The notes under the pieces were generated by a model, which searched no databases, was not told the DNA's origin, and was given only the letters and a program-made list of their open reading frames with translations. This document shows positions 8,616 through 17,876 of a DNA stretch of 59,702 nucleotides, in pieces. This DNA is from Alphaproteobacteria bacterium (GTDB lineage: Bacteria > Pseudomonadota > Alphaproteobacteria > CALKHQ01). Location of the stretch: contig JBHJOG010000155.1 in assembly GCA_050329975.1 (NCBI GenBank), positions 1-59,702 on the forward strand, written 5' to 3'. How positions within the stretch are numbered: position 1 is the stretch's first letter; the number at the start of each line of letters is the position of its first letter. The translations under genes were made by a program, and so were the position numbers.

Positions 8616-10253
8616 ATGATTGGCTGGTTCGGACGTTCATTGGCAAACCGGGTCGCCGCGGTCGTGGCGATCGTGGTCCTGCTGAGCTTGGCGAGCGTCG
8701 TAAGCTGGAGTTCCCTGCGCCAATCCGATGCCCTGACCGAACAGGCCCGGAAGGGGTTTCTGATGGTCTCGACGGTGATCGCGAACAACCTCGTCGGTCC
8801 CGTTCAGTTCAGAAACCAGGAGCAGGCCCAGGCGGCCTATGCGACCTTCGCCCAGGCCAGCGACAGCGAGATCGCCGACATCCTGATCCAGCGCGACGAC
8901 AGCGACGTGCCGCTCGACGCCTTCCGCAACCAGGGGCGTTCCGCGGCGGATGTCGAAGCCGCGATCGCGGCCCTGCCGGAGGACTTGGCGGTCGGCAGCG
9001 TCCATGAGGTGGCGACGGAAACCCATATCATCTATGTGGCCGTGATCGGCAAGGACCAGAATCGGTTCGGCATCGCCGCCATCGCCTGGTCGACCGAGGG
9101 GATCGACGGCACCGTTGCCGCGGCCTTCCAGGAGGCGGCCCTGATCGGCGCGGTCTGTCTGGTCCTGGGTGTCGGGATTATCGGCTATGTGATCCTGCGC
9201 GTCGCCGGCCGTCCGGTCGGGCGGTTGACCGGGTTGATGGAGCGCCTAGCCGCCGGCGACACGAGCGTCGACCTGCCCTATGCCGGGCGCGGCGACGAGA
9301 TCGGCCGGATGGCGAAGACGGTGGCGGTGTTCCGCGACCAGGCGATCCGGGTCGGCGAGCTGAACGCCGAGCGGGCGCAGCGCGAACAGGAGGCTGCCGA
9401 CAGGCGCCGGGCTGACCTGGCCGAGGTCGCCGAGCACCTGGAGCGACAGGTGGGCGAGGTGGTCGAGATGGTGCAGAGCGCCGTGACCGAGCTCAGCGCC
9501 ACCGCCGGATCGATGAGCGACGTGGCGACCGACAGTTCGGCGCGGGCAGCCGAGGTCGCCGGCACGGTTGAGGCCGCAGCGGGCGACGTCGAGGCCATGG
9601 CCGGCACGTCGCGCAAGCTGCTGGAGGCGGTGCGCCAGGTCGAGCGGCAGATCGACGAGTCCCGGAGCATCGGCGAGGAGGCCCAGGCGGTCGCCGGTTC
9701 GGCGCGGACCACCATGGAGGGCCTGGTCGAGCGTGCGGACGCCATCAGCCAGGTGGTGGTGCTGATCAACGAGATCGCGGAGCAGACCAATCTGCTTGCG
9801 CTGAACGCCACCATCGAGGCGGCGCGCGCGGGAGAAGCCGGAAAAGGGTTCGCCGTCGTCGCCACCGAGGTGAAGAACCTGGCAACCCAGACGGCCAAGG
9901 CCACCACCGAGATCGGCCAGAAGATCGGCGAGATCCAGTCGGTAACCGGCGAGGCATCGGGCAACATCACGGCCATCGTGGACGTCGTTGCGCGCCTGGG
10001 CAGCATCGCGGCCAACGCCTCGGCGGCGATGGCGAGCCAGAACGACATGGTGGCGGAGATCGACGAGCGCGGCGGCGCGGTGGCTGAGCGGGTGCGCGAA
10101 ATCTCGCTGAACATGGAGCGGGCCAGCGCCGCGGCGAGCGAGACTCTCGCCGGGGCTGACCAGGTGCGCGATGCCGCCGACGACCTGAGCCGCCACGGCA
10201 GCACGCTGGCCGAGCAGGTGCGCACGGTCGTCGACAAGCTGCGCGTCGCCTGA
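8616..10253 (+). CDS. Methyl-accepting chemotaxis protein (two TM helices, periplasmic domain, HAMP, MCP signalling domain)
   Basis: TM1 ([17 protein letters not shown]), a periplasmic region of about 170 aa, TM2, HAMP ([17 protein letters not shown]...[13 protein letters not shown]), and the conserved hairpin tip [41 protein letters not shown] 8616 has GGAG 6 nt upstream; the ORF-track start 8559 is less likely. Confidence 0.9.
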   Translation: MIGWFGRSLANRVAAVVAIVVLLSLASVVSWSSLRQSDALTEQARKGFLMVSTVIANNLVGPVQFRNQEQAQAAYATFAQASDSEIADILIQRDDSDVPLDAFRNQGRSAADVEAAIAALPEDLAVGSVHEVATETHIIYVAVIGKDQNRFGIAAIAWSTEGIDGTVAAAFQEAALIGAVCLVLGVGIIGYVILRVAGRPVGRLTGLMERLAAGDTSVDLPYAGRGDEIGRMAKTVAVFRDQAIRVGELNAERAQREQEAADRRRADLAEVAEHLERQVGEVVEMVQSAVTELSATAGSMSDVATDSSARAAEVAGTVEAAAGDVEAMAGTSRKLLEAVRQVERQIDESRSIGEEAQAVAGSARTTMEGLVERADAISQVVVLINEIAEQTNLLALNATIEAARAGEAGKGFAVVATEVKNLATQTAKATTEIGQKIGEIQSVTGEASGNITAIVDVVARLGSIAANASAAMASQNDMVAEIDERGGAVAERVREISLNMERASAAASETLAGADQVRDAADDLSRHGSTLAEQVRTVVDKLRVA

Positions 10254-10361
10254 ACCGGCCGCGGCGACCGGTCTCGGCGCAAGTCACTTGTCCACATCGG
10301 CGCAAAGGCGCTATTCACGACGCTCACAGGTCACAGCCAGTTGCGTGACAGGGAGTGCGTC

Positions 10362-10865
10362 ATGGGGCGTCTGCGCATCGACTCCGTCCGGGTCCTGCTG
10401 ACCGGGGCATTGCTGGCCGCTGCGGCAGCGGCGGCCGGGCCGGCGGCGGCCCAGGATTCCGCAGTGCTGCCGCAGACCGGCGCGCTGGCCCTGATCGGCG
10501 GCTGCGCGCTGACCCTCGACGGGGAAGTTTATCGCGGCTGCGAATGCCGGCTGATGGTCTCGGCCGCCGGCGCACAATACCTGATGAGCGGGCTCAACGT
10601 CGCATGCCAGGGTCAGGCAGGTCAGGCCGGGCTGCTGAGCAGCCAGGTCGGCCAGCCGGGACGCACCATCCAGGTGCTCTACGACCTCGGTCCGACCACG
10701 GCCCATGGCGCCGGCATGTGGCTGACCAGCAGCACGGCCAGCATCGAGAATGTGGTGGCCGACGACGACTGGCTGCTGATGACGCTGCGGCTGGCCGGGC
10801 CGACCGGCTTCGAGAACAGCCGCGGCCGAGCCTGCGTCGACGGCGCCACCGGCGCGCGATGCTGA
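10362..10865 (+). CDS. Secreted Cys-containing hypothetical protein
   Basis: ATG 10362 has GGGAG upstream. Sec signal peptide (MGRLRIDSVRVLLTGALLAAAAAAAGPAAAQD). The mature part has 6 Cys. No family recognised. GC3-rich. Same strand as, and directly upstream of, the caspase-fold gene. Confidence 0.5.
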   Translation: MGRLRIDSVRVLLTGALLAAAAAAAGPAAAQDSAVLPQTGALALIGGCALTLDGEVYRGCECRLMVSAAGAQYLMSGLNVACQGQAGQAGLLSSQVGQPGRTIQVLYDLGPTTAHGAGMWLTSSTASIENVVADDDWLLMTLRLAGPTGFENSRGRACVDGATGARC

Positions 10866-11036
10866 CTGCCGCGACCCCCGACAGCGAGGCCGACCGGCGG
10901 ATTGGCGCGAAAATACGCCTCTATTACGGCACATTCATGCTTTACCGTGATTCCCTGACGCGCGATCATTGCGCGCATCACGGATGAGACGGCCGCTCCC
11001 TCGAGCCTTCCCGCGCGGAGGGGGCGGCGCCACGCA

Positions 11037-14000
11037 ATGCTGTGCAGGGTGGGCGCTATGAGATCGACTGTGGTCAGGCTTGTCCTCGTCTGCGTGACGA
11101 TGCTGGGGGTGGCCTCGGCGCATGCCCAGGACGAGGTGCGCGGCGCGCAGCGCGAAGGCGAGCAGACCCGAATCGCCCTGGTCATCGGCAATGGCGACTA
11201 CGACTATGCGGGCTTCCTGCCCAACCCGACGAAGGACGCCCAGGCGATGGCCGATGCGCTGCGCGAGCTGGGCTTCGAGGTGTTCCTCGGCCTCGACCTG
11301 AACAAGGATAATTTCGAGCAGCTGCTGCGCCAGTACACCCGCGCCCTCGATGCGGCCGACGTGGGCCTGTTCTTCTATGCCGGCCACGGCCTGCAGGTGG
11401 ATGGCATCAATTACATCATCCCGACCGATGCCGTGCTCGAGCGCGCTTCCGACCTGGACTTCGAGGCGATCGACTCCAGCATCATCCTCAACCAGTTCAA
11501 CCGGCCGGACTTCACCGGCCTGGTCTTCCTCGACGCCTGCCGCGACAACCCGCTGGCGCGCAGCATGCAGACCGGCACCCGCTCGGTCGGCCGCGGCCTG
11601 GCGGAGGTGACGTCGGCAACCGGCACCCTGATCGCCTATGCCACCCAGCCCGGCAACGTGGCCTATGACGGCGACGGCGACCACAGCCCGTTCACCACGG
11701 CGCTGCTCAGCCACATCTCGACGCCCGGCATGGAGATCCGGCTGATGCTGGATTTCGTCGGCGAGGACGTCGCCGAGATGACCCGCGGCCAGCAGCAGCC
11801 CTGGGTGCATTTCTCCCGGCTGCGCGGCGGCTTCTACTTCAAGCCGGAGCCGGCGGCCACCACCCCCACCACCGACGGCGGCCAGGGCACCCAGGTGGTG
11901 GTCAACGAGAACGACCCCGCGGTGCGCTTCTACGAATATGCCAGCGCGCTGGAAGTGCCGCAGGAGCGGCTGCTGATGCTGGAGCAGTTCATCCGGCTCT
12001 ACCCGACCCATCCGCTGGCGGTGTTGGCGGCGACCGATGTCCAGGAGTTGCGCACCCGGGCCGCCAATCCCGATCCCGACCGCACCGACCTGGAGCCGGG
12101 CCAGCAGAACACGCCGCCCCGGGTCGAGGCCGCGCGCACCCTCACCCTTGACGCCGACGCCGGGCCGACCCCGCTGGCCATCGCCGCGCCGACCGACGAG
12201 GACGGCGACGAGCTCACGGTCACCCTCATCGCATTGCCGGAGGTTGGCCACGTCCGATCCGTCTCGGTCCCGGTCTCGGCCGGAGACCAGATCACGCCCG
12301 GGGAACTGACCGGACTCGACTACACCCCTGACGTGGACGCGGTCGGCGCCGTAGGCGAACTTCGTTACCGCGTCGACGACGGCAAAGGCGGCACTGCCGA
12401 GGGTGTCGTCCGCATCACCCTGCGGGCGCCGAACCAGCCGCCGATCGTGCAGGACCTGCTGACCCTGACGATCGAGCAGAGCGAGACCCCGACGCCGCTG
12501 GGCATTGCCGCACCGATCGACCCGGATAACGACAGGCTGCAGATCCGGGTGACCTGGCTGCCCCGCGCCGGCACGGTGGAACTCAACGGACGGCCGCTCG
12601 CCCGCGACGAGGAACTGACGGCCTATCAGCTGATCGCGCTTTCCTATCGGCCGGATGCGGATCGCGCCGGCGACATGGGGTCCTTCGAGTACCAGGTCGA
12701 TGACGGCCGCGGCGGGCTGATCCGGGCGACGGTCCGGATCACCGTGGTCATGCCGAACACGCCGCCGACCGTCGCTGACGAAACCCTGGTCGAAGTCCCG
12801 GCCGATCAGGCAGGGGCGCCGCTGAACCTGACGCCGCCGACCGACGCGGACGGCGACCCGCTGACGATCCGCGTGACCTGGACGCCGCGTTGGGGCAGCG
12901 TCATGTCCGGCGACGCGGTGCTCAGCCGCGGTGACGAATTGAGCGTGGAGGAGTTCGCATCGCTGCGCTACTTCGCAGCCGCCGGCCAGGACGGGGATGC
13001 CGGCTCCTTCGAGTTCGCCGTCACCGACGGCCGCGGCGATCCGGTGCGCGGCATGGTGCGGATCAGCGTCATCGCCCCCAACCAGCCGCCCCGGGTCCCT
13101 GCCAGCCAGGATATCACGGTCGCCGCCGAGGCAGGGGCTGCTCGACTCGAGTTCGAGCGGCCCGAGGACGCGGACGGCGATGCGCTGGTGGCGACGGTGA
13201 CCGAAATCCCGTTCCGCGGCCGGCTGACCGTGGCGGGACGCACGGTCAGGGCCGGCGACCTGCTCGACGAGGCCACGCTCGCCGGGCTTGCCTACGAACC
13301 GGCGCTCGGCCATGTCGGCGCCGCCGGGCAGTTCGCCTTCACCGTGACCGACGGGACCAGCGACCCGGTCGCGGCCGTCGTGCGGATCTCGGTCGAATCC
13401 ACCAACAGCCCGCCGGTCGTTGATAGCGGCCGCGTTGTCGTGGTGCGGCAGGGGGCCGTGACCCCGCTCGGGCTCGCCGAACCGCGCGATCCTGACGGCG
13501 ATTCGCTGACCGTGCGTGTATTGCAGGTGCCCAATGGCGGCTTCGTGCGCCTCGGCTCCACGGTGGTCCGCGCCGGCCAGACCCTGAGTGCGGATGAGGT
13601 GGCTGCACTGGACTTCGAGTTGACCGCGCCGGAACTGAGGACCGCGCTCTTCTCCTACGAGGCCGACGATGGCCGTGGCGGCGTAGCCACCGGCAGCATC
13701 GAACTGGAGGTCGAGGAGGTGTCGATCGTGACGGCGCCGCCGGGGCAGGACCTGGCGGGCAACACCCCGGCCTTCGCCTATGACATCGGCGCTTTCGACC
13801 ACCAGAGCCGGGTTTTCGAGGATCGGGTCGATACCACGGATCCCGAGGACTGGTTCCGCGTCAGTTTTGCCGACTGGACCGAGGTGGAGATCGTCCTGAC
13901 CGGGCTCAGCGGCGATCTGGACCTGTTCCTCTACACGGCCGACGATTTCGCCGCCGCGAGTTCGGAGCAGGTGGGCGAGGTCGACGAGAGCATCGTTACG

Positions 14001-15470
14001 ACCGTTCCTGCCGGCACCTATTTTGTGCGCGTGCTCGCCTTCGAGGACGCCGCGAGCCCCTATACGATGACGATCAGCGCGCGCAGCGGAACGCCGCCCC
14101 CGCCGGATCAGGTTGGCAACACGCCCCAAGAGGCGACCATGCTGGGAACGCCGAGCGCGACGCCGATCGTGATGTCCGAGCGGGTCGACGTGACCGACCG
14201 GGACGACTATTACGCCTTCGACGTACCCGACTACATGGACGTGACCATCCGGCTGACCGGGCTCTCCGGCGACCTGGACCTGGAGCTGCTCGAGCCGACC
14301 GGCCGGGTCATCGCCAGCAGCCAGGAAGGCGGGTGGGCCGACGAGGCGATCGTCGCCAATCTGGCGGCTGGCCGCTACCACATCCACGTCTTCCCCTATA
14401 GCGGCCAGTCGAACTACCAGCTCTCGCTGGAAGGCATCCCGTCGTCGCCGCCGCCGCCGGACGGCGCGGGCGACAGCGTCGACACGGCAGCGATGCTGGG
14501 TACGTTGCGCGGCTCGGCCAGCTTCACCGACTGGGTGGGGCCGGCGGACCAGAACGACTATATCGGGTTCGACCTCGCCGCCCGCGCCACCTTGACCGCC
14601 CGGATGACCGGACTTAGCGGCGATGCCGACATCGAGCTGATGGATGAGACCGGGGGGTACATTGCGTCGTCGAGCAACGTCGAGACCCAGGACGAGGAGA
14701 TCGTCGTCGAGCTCGACCCCGGGCGCTATTATATCCGGGTCTATCCGTTCGAGGGCCAGACCGACTACCGCCTCGAGCTGACCGAGACGTCGATCGGCGC
14801 GTCCCAGATCCAGACGGCGGAGTCGCTGGCCCAGCTCCGGGCCTGGGAGGAAAGCTGGAGCCGCGACGAGCGGCGGCAGGTGCAGCGGGCGTTGCAGCTG
14901 CTCGGCCACTACAACAGCAGCATCGACGGCCTGTTCGGCAGCGGCTCGCGCAACGCGATCAACGCCTATCAGCAGAGCCTGGGCGAGCCGGCGACCGGCT
15001 ACCTGACCCGTGACCAACGCGCGGCGCTTTCGGTCGACGCCGCCGAGGAGGCGGAGGCGCGGGCGGAGGCGGCGGCCAACCAGGCCCGGGCCGCGGCCAA
15101 TTCCTCCAATGCCCAGGTCCTGAATTTCTCTGGCGGCGACGTCTATCGCGGCGACGCCAACCGCGTCGGCTACGGGACCTACGAGTGGGCGAGCGGCCAC
15201 CGCTACGAGGGCCAGTGGAACGGCGCGCGCGAAGGCTTCGGGGTGCTGATCCTGCAGGACGGCTCACGCTATTCGGGCCAGTGGCAGAACCACATCTTCG
15301 TCGGGTTCGGCACCGGCATTGAATCCGATGGGACCCAGATCATCGGCGAGTGGAATGTCGCCCCCGATACGCTGTTCGCCGACGGGCTGAATGGGTACGG
15401 CGAGATTGTGTACACCGACTTCACGATCGACCGCGGCGAGTTCATCAACGGGGTGATGGTGCCGCAATAG
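11037..15470 (+). CDS. Large secreted/periplasmic multidomain caspase-fold (peptidase C14) protein: caspase + 5 cadherin-like repeats + 3 PPC domains + PG-binding + MORN repeats
   Basis: Signal peptide (RLVLVCVTMLGVASAHAQ; alternative ATG at 11058). Caspase motifs IALVIGNGDY, FFYAGHG (His codon 11385-11387) and VFLDACRDNP (Cys codon 11538-11540). Five 108-aa repeats with the motif PL.I..P.D.DGD.LT..V. Three pre-peptidase C-terminal-like modules (LTGLSGDLDLEL...YYIRVYPF). A PG_binding_1-like segment (VQRALQLLGHYNSSIDGLFGSGSRNAINAYQ). C-terminal MORN-like repeats (YRGDANRVGYGTYEWASGHRYEGQW). Confidence 0.85.
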   Translation: MLCRVGAMRSTVVRLVLVCVTMLGVASAHAQDEVRGAQREGEQTRIALVIGNGDYDYAGFLPNPTKDAQAMADALRELGFEVFLGLDLNKDNFEQLLRQYTRALDAADVGLFFYAGHGLQVDGINYIIPTDAVLERASDLDFEAIDSSIILNQFNRPDFTGLVFLDACRDNPLARSMQTGTRSVGRGLAEVTSATGTLIAYATQPGNVAYDGDGDHSPFTTALLSHISTPGMEIRLMLDFVGEDVAEMTRGQQQPWVHFSRLRGGFYFKPEPAATTPTTDGGQGTQVVVNENDPAVRFYEYASALEVPQERLLMLEQFIRLYPTHPLAVLAATDVQELRTRAANPDPDRTDLEPGQQNTPPRVEAARTLTLDADAGPTPLAIAAPTDEDGDELTVTLIALPEVGHVRSVSVPVSAGDQITPGELTGLDYTPDVDAVGAVGELRYRVDDGKGGTAEGVVRITLRAPNQPPIVQDLLTLTIEQSETPTPLGIAAPIDPDNDRLQIRVTWLPRAGTVELNGRPLARDEELTAYQLIALSYRPDADRAGDMGSFEYQVDDGRGGLIRATVRITVVMPNTPPTVADETLVEVPADQAGAPLNLTPPTDADGDPLTIRVTWTPRWGSVMSGDAVLSRGDELSVEEFASLRYFAAAGQDGDAGSFEFAVTDGRGDPVRGMVRISVIAPNQPPRVPASQDITVAAEAGAARLEFERPEDADGDALVATVTEIPFRGRLTVAGRTVRAGDLLDEATLAGLAYEPALGHVGAAGQFAFTVTDGTSDPVAAVVRISVESTNSPPVVDSGRVVVVRQGAVTPLGLAEPRDPDGDSLTVRVLQVPNGGFVRLGSTVVRAGQTLSADEVAALDFELTAPELRTALFSYEADDGRGGVATGSIELEVEEVSIVTAPPGQDLAGNTPAFAYDIGAFDHQSRVFEDRVDTTDPEDWFRVSFADWTEVEIVLTGLSGDLDLFLYTADDFAAASSEQVGEVDESIVTTVPAGTYFVRVLAFEDAASPYTMTISARSGTPPPPDQVGNTPQEATMLGTPSATPIVMSERVDVTDRDDYYAFDVPDYMDVTIRLTGLSGDLDLELLEPTGRVIASSQEGGWADEAIVANLAAGRYHIHVFPYSGQSNYQLSLEGIPSSPPPPDGAGDSVDTAAMLGTLRGSASFTDWVGPADQNDYIGFDLAARATLTARMTGLSGDADIELMDETGGYIASSSNVETQDEEIVVELDPGRYYIRVYPFEGQTDYRLELTETSIGASQIQTAESLAQLRAWEESWSRDERRQVQRALQLLGHYNSSIDGLFGSGSRNAINAYQQSLGEPATGYLTRDQRAALSVDAAEEAEARAEAAANQARAAANSSNAQVLNFSGGDVYRGDANRVGYGTYEWASGHRYEGQWNGAREGFGVLILQDGSRYSGQWQNHIFVGFGTGIESDGTQIIGEWNVAPDTLFADGLNGYGEIVYTDFTIDRGEFINGVMVPQ
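12114..13733 (+). repeat. Five in-frame tandem coding repeats of exactly 324 nt (108 aa) inside the caspase-fold gene
   Basis: Each unit opens with a Pro-Pro pair, at 12114, 12438, 12762, 13086 and 13410, giving a constant 324-nt spacing. Units are diverged in sequence but share P-[TA]-D-x-D-G-D-x-L-T and G...F.Y.V.DG.G motifs. Confidence 0.85.
13737..14790 (+). repeat. Three tandem PPC (pre-peptidase C-terminal)-like modules of about 119 aa, separated by PPPPD linkers
   Basis: Linkers PPGQD (about 13737), PPPPDQ (about 14094) and PPPPDG (about 14449). Each unit contains D.Y.F....V.I.LTGLSGD.D.EL....G and Y.I.V.P motifs. Boundaries are approximate. Confidence 0.6.
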
Positions 15471-15598
15471 GCCGCGCCTCAAGAATGGGCTCCGGCTAGC
15501 CAGGCAGGCCAAAGCGATGCTATCTGACGGCAATCGTGGCTGACCGGCGTCGAGTCGGTCGGTGCCGAAGTGCGGTGCCGAAAGAGCGGTGACAGCTG

Positions 15599-16765
15599 AT
15601 GAGATTCGGACGGATCGTACCCCTCGCGGCGCTGATCGCCGCCGTGGCGGGGCCGGCGCGGGCAGATGTGCAGGCCGGCCTGGAGGCGGCGCAGCAAGGC
15701 GACTTCGCCACCGCCTACTACGAGTGGAAGCCGGCGGCCGACCAGGGTGACCCAGTGGCGCTGTTCAACATCGGCCGGCTTTACCAGGAGGGCCTTTTCG
15801 TCCGCGAGGACCTCGAGCGGGCCATCGGCTTCTACGCCCGGGCGGCCGAGCGCAACCATCCGATCGCGCTGTTCCAACTCGGCGTGCTGGCCGAGGCGGG
15901 CGAAGGCATGCCGCAGGACTATGCGGCGGCGGCGCGGCACTACCAAGCGTCGGTGAACGCGGGCTGGCCCCAGGCGTTGGTCAACCTGGGCCGGCTGTAC
16001 AACGAGGGGCTTGGGGTCGAGGCGGATCTCGACCGGGCGATCGAGCTGTATCGCCAGGCGGCGGAGGAGCACGGGCTGGCGAGGGCCCAGTTCAACCTGG
16101 CGCGGATGTACCAGCTCGGGCGCGGCGTCGAGACCGATGCGGACGAGGCGATCCGGCTCTACACGCTCTCGGCGGCGCAGGGCTTCGTGCCCGCCCAGCG
16201 CAGCCTCGGCCTGATATACCTGAACGGCGAGGGTGTCCCGGAGGATCTCCCGCGTGCGCTGGAACTGTTCGAGGCGGCGGGGGAAGCCGGCGATGCCTCG
16301 TCGATGTACAATGTCGGCTACATGTACTTCGAAGGGCTGGGGGTCGACCGCGATCCGGAGACGGCGGCCGAATGGTACTATCGCGCCACCCGGGCCGGAA
16401 GTTCGGCGGCTGCGAGCCACCTGGCCTACCTGTTCGAGGTCGGCGAGGGGGTTCCCCAGAACACTGCCCAGGCGCTATCGCTCTACGAGCAGGCAGCGGT
16501 CGCTGGCGATCCGGTCGCTCAGTACAATCTCGGCCGGATCTACGCCAGCGGGACCCTGGTCACACAGGACATGGCCAAGGCAGCCGACTATTTCACCCAG
16601 GCCGCGCAGCAGGGCGAGGCGCTCGCCCTCTACAGCCTCGCATTGATGTACGAGGAAGGGGTGGGCGTGGAGAAGAATGTCGACTACGCGGTGCAGTTGC
16701 TGAGCCTTGCCGCCGCACAGGGCCTGCAGGAAGCGATCGACAAGCTCGCCGAGATGGGGCGCTGA
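15599..16765 (+). CDS. Sel1-like repeat (SLR/TPR-family) periplasmic protein
   Basis: Signal peptide (VPLAALIAAVAGPARADV) followed by about nine 36-aa Sel1 repeats (A...W...AA.QG...A...LG.LY..G.GV..D...A...Y..AA). Confidence 0.85.
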   Translation: MRFGRIVPLAALIAAVAGPARADVQAGLEAAQQGDFATAYYEWKPAADQGDPVALFNIGRLYQEGLFVREDLERAIGFYARAAERNHPIALFQLGVLAEAGEGMPQDYAAAARHYQASVNAGWPQALVNLGRLYNEGLGVEADLDRAIELYRQAAEEHGLARAQFNLARMYQLGRGVETDADEAIRLYTLSAAQGFVPAQRSLGLIYLNGEGVPEDLPRALELFEAAGEAGDASSMYNVGYMYFEGLGVDRDPETAAEWYYRATRAGSSAAASHLAYLFEVGEGVPQNTAQALSLYEQAAVAGDPVAQYNLGRIYASGTLVTQDMAKAADYFTQAAQQGEALALYSLALMYEEGVGVEKNVDYAVQLLSLAAAQGLQEAIDKLAEMGR

Positions 16766-16784
16766 GGACGGTCGCCCGGTTCGG

Positions 16785-17705
16785 CTAGCGCGCCGGCGAT
16801 CTCGCGACGGCGGCCGCCGCAGCCGGCCCTCGGCTGCGCAGGGCGAGCACGTTGCCGGCGAGGACAAGCAAGACGCCGCCCGCAGCGACCGGCGTCCACT
16901 GGTAGCCCTCGAACATTGCCGAGACCGCCAGCGCGATCAGCGGGATCAGGACCGTGGTATAGGCGGTCCTCGCGGCGCCGATCCGGCCGAGCAGGGTCAG
17001 GTAGCAGTAGAAGCCGATGATCGTCCCGAACAGGATGAGGTAGGCCAGCGAGCCGAGATAGGTGGGATTGACGTCGAGTGTCGGGGTCGAACCGACCACG
17101 GCGGCATAGGCCGCAACCAGGCCGGCGCCGTAGGTCATGCTGAATCCGTTTGCGATGGTGACCGGGACTCCGCCGGTCTGGCTGCGCGACGAGATCACGT
17201 TGCCCAGCGAGAAGGAATAGGTGGCGACGAGCGACAGCCCGAGCCCAACCAGGCTGTCGGTCCCGACCGTCGTCAGCTCCGGCAGGAAGACCACCGCCAG
17301 CCCGCCGACGCCCAGCAGGGCCGCGCCGACCGCGCGGAGGGTCATCGGCTGGCCCAGGAACAGCGCGCCGTTGACAATGTTGAACAGGGTCGCCGTCGAG
17401 AAGACGACCGCGACCAGGCCCGAGGCCATGAAATGGGTCGCCCAGTAGAACAGCAGGTAGTTGGTGGAGAAGATGAAGAGCGCGAGCAGGGCCAGGGCCG
17501 CATGCTGTCGCGGGCTGAGACGCGGCAGGCGCCTGCCGGTGCGCCAGGCGCCGATGCCGGCCCAGGCCAGCAGCATCAGTCCGGCGGCGCCAAAGCGGTA
17601 GACCAGCGACCATTCCGGCGCCACGCCGCCGATCTGCAGATTGACCGCATACCAGGTCAGGCCCCAGGTCAGGACCGTTGTCGCGTAGAGCGCGACGTTG
17701 AACAT
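16785..17705 (-). CDS. EamA/DMT-family transporter
   Basis: Uses the internal ATG 17705 (MFNVALYATTVLTWGLTWYAV). About ten hydrophobic helices arranged as two EamA-like halves. Confidence 0.8.
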   Translation of the reverse strand: MFNVALYATTVLTWGLTWYAVNLQIGGVAPEWSLVYRFGAAGLMLLAWAGIGAWRTGRRLPRLSPRQHAALALLALFIFSTNYLLFYWATHFMASGLVAVVFSTATLFNIVNGALFLGQPMTLRAVGAALLGVGGLAVVFLPELTTVGTDSLVGLGLSLVATYSFSLGNVISSRSQTGGVPVTIANGFSMTYGAGLVAAYAAVVGSTPTLDVNPTYLGSLAYLILFGTIIGFYCYLTLLGRIGAARTAYTTVLIPLIALAVSAMFEGYQWTPVAAGGVLLVLAGNVLALRSRGPAAAAAVARSPAR

Positions 17706-17876
17706 CGGGACGCCTCGGGAGTCGGGGGCCGGACCGGCGAATCTAGCTAACACCGCGCCCGGCGGCGGGCAAGGGTGTGTCCGGCCAACGCCCGTGTCCG
17801 AGAATATTCGGGGCCGGCGCAGACCCCCCTGCGCCGGCCCCTTCGGCCAAGCCCCGTGCGGCAGCGGCGCTCCGCG

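Noticed and set aside
10935-15200. 1421-aa ORF antisense to the caspase-fold gene
   Set aside because: It is Arg/Gly/Pro/Ala-rich low-complexity translation with no recognisable motif. This is the usual stop-poor antisense frame of a high-GC gene, while the sense strand carries clear domain signatures.
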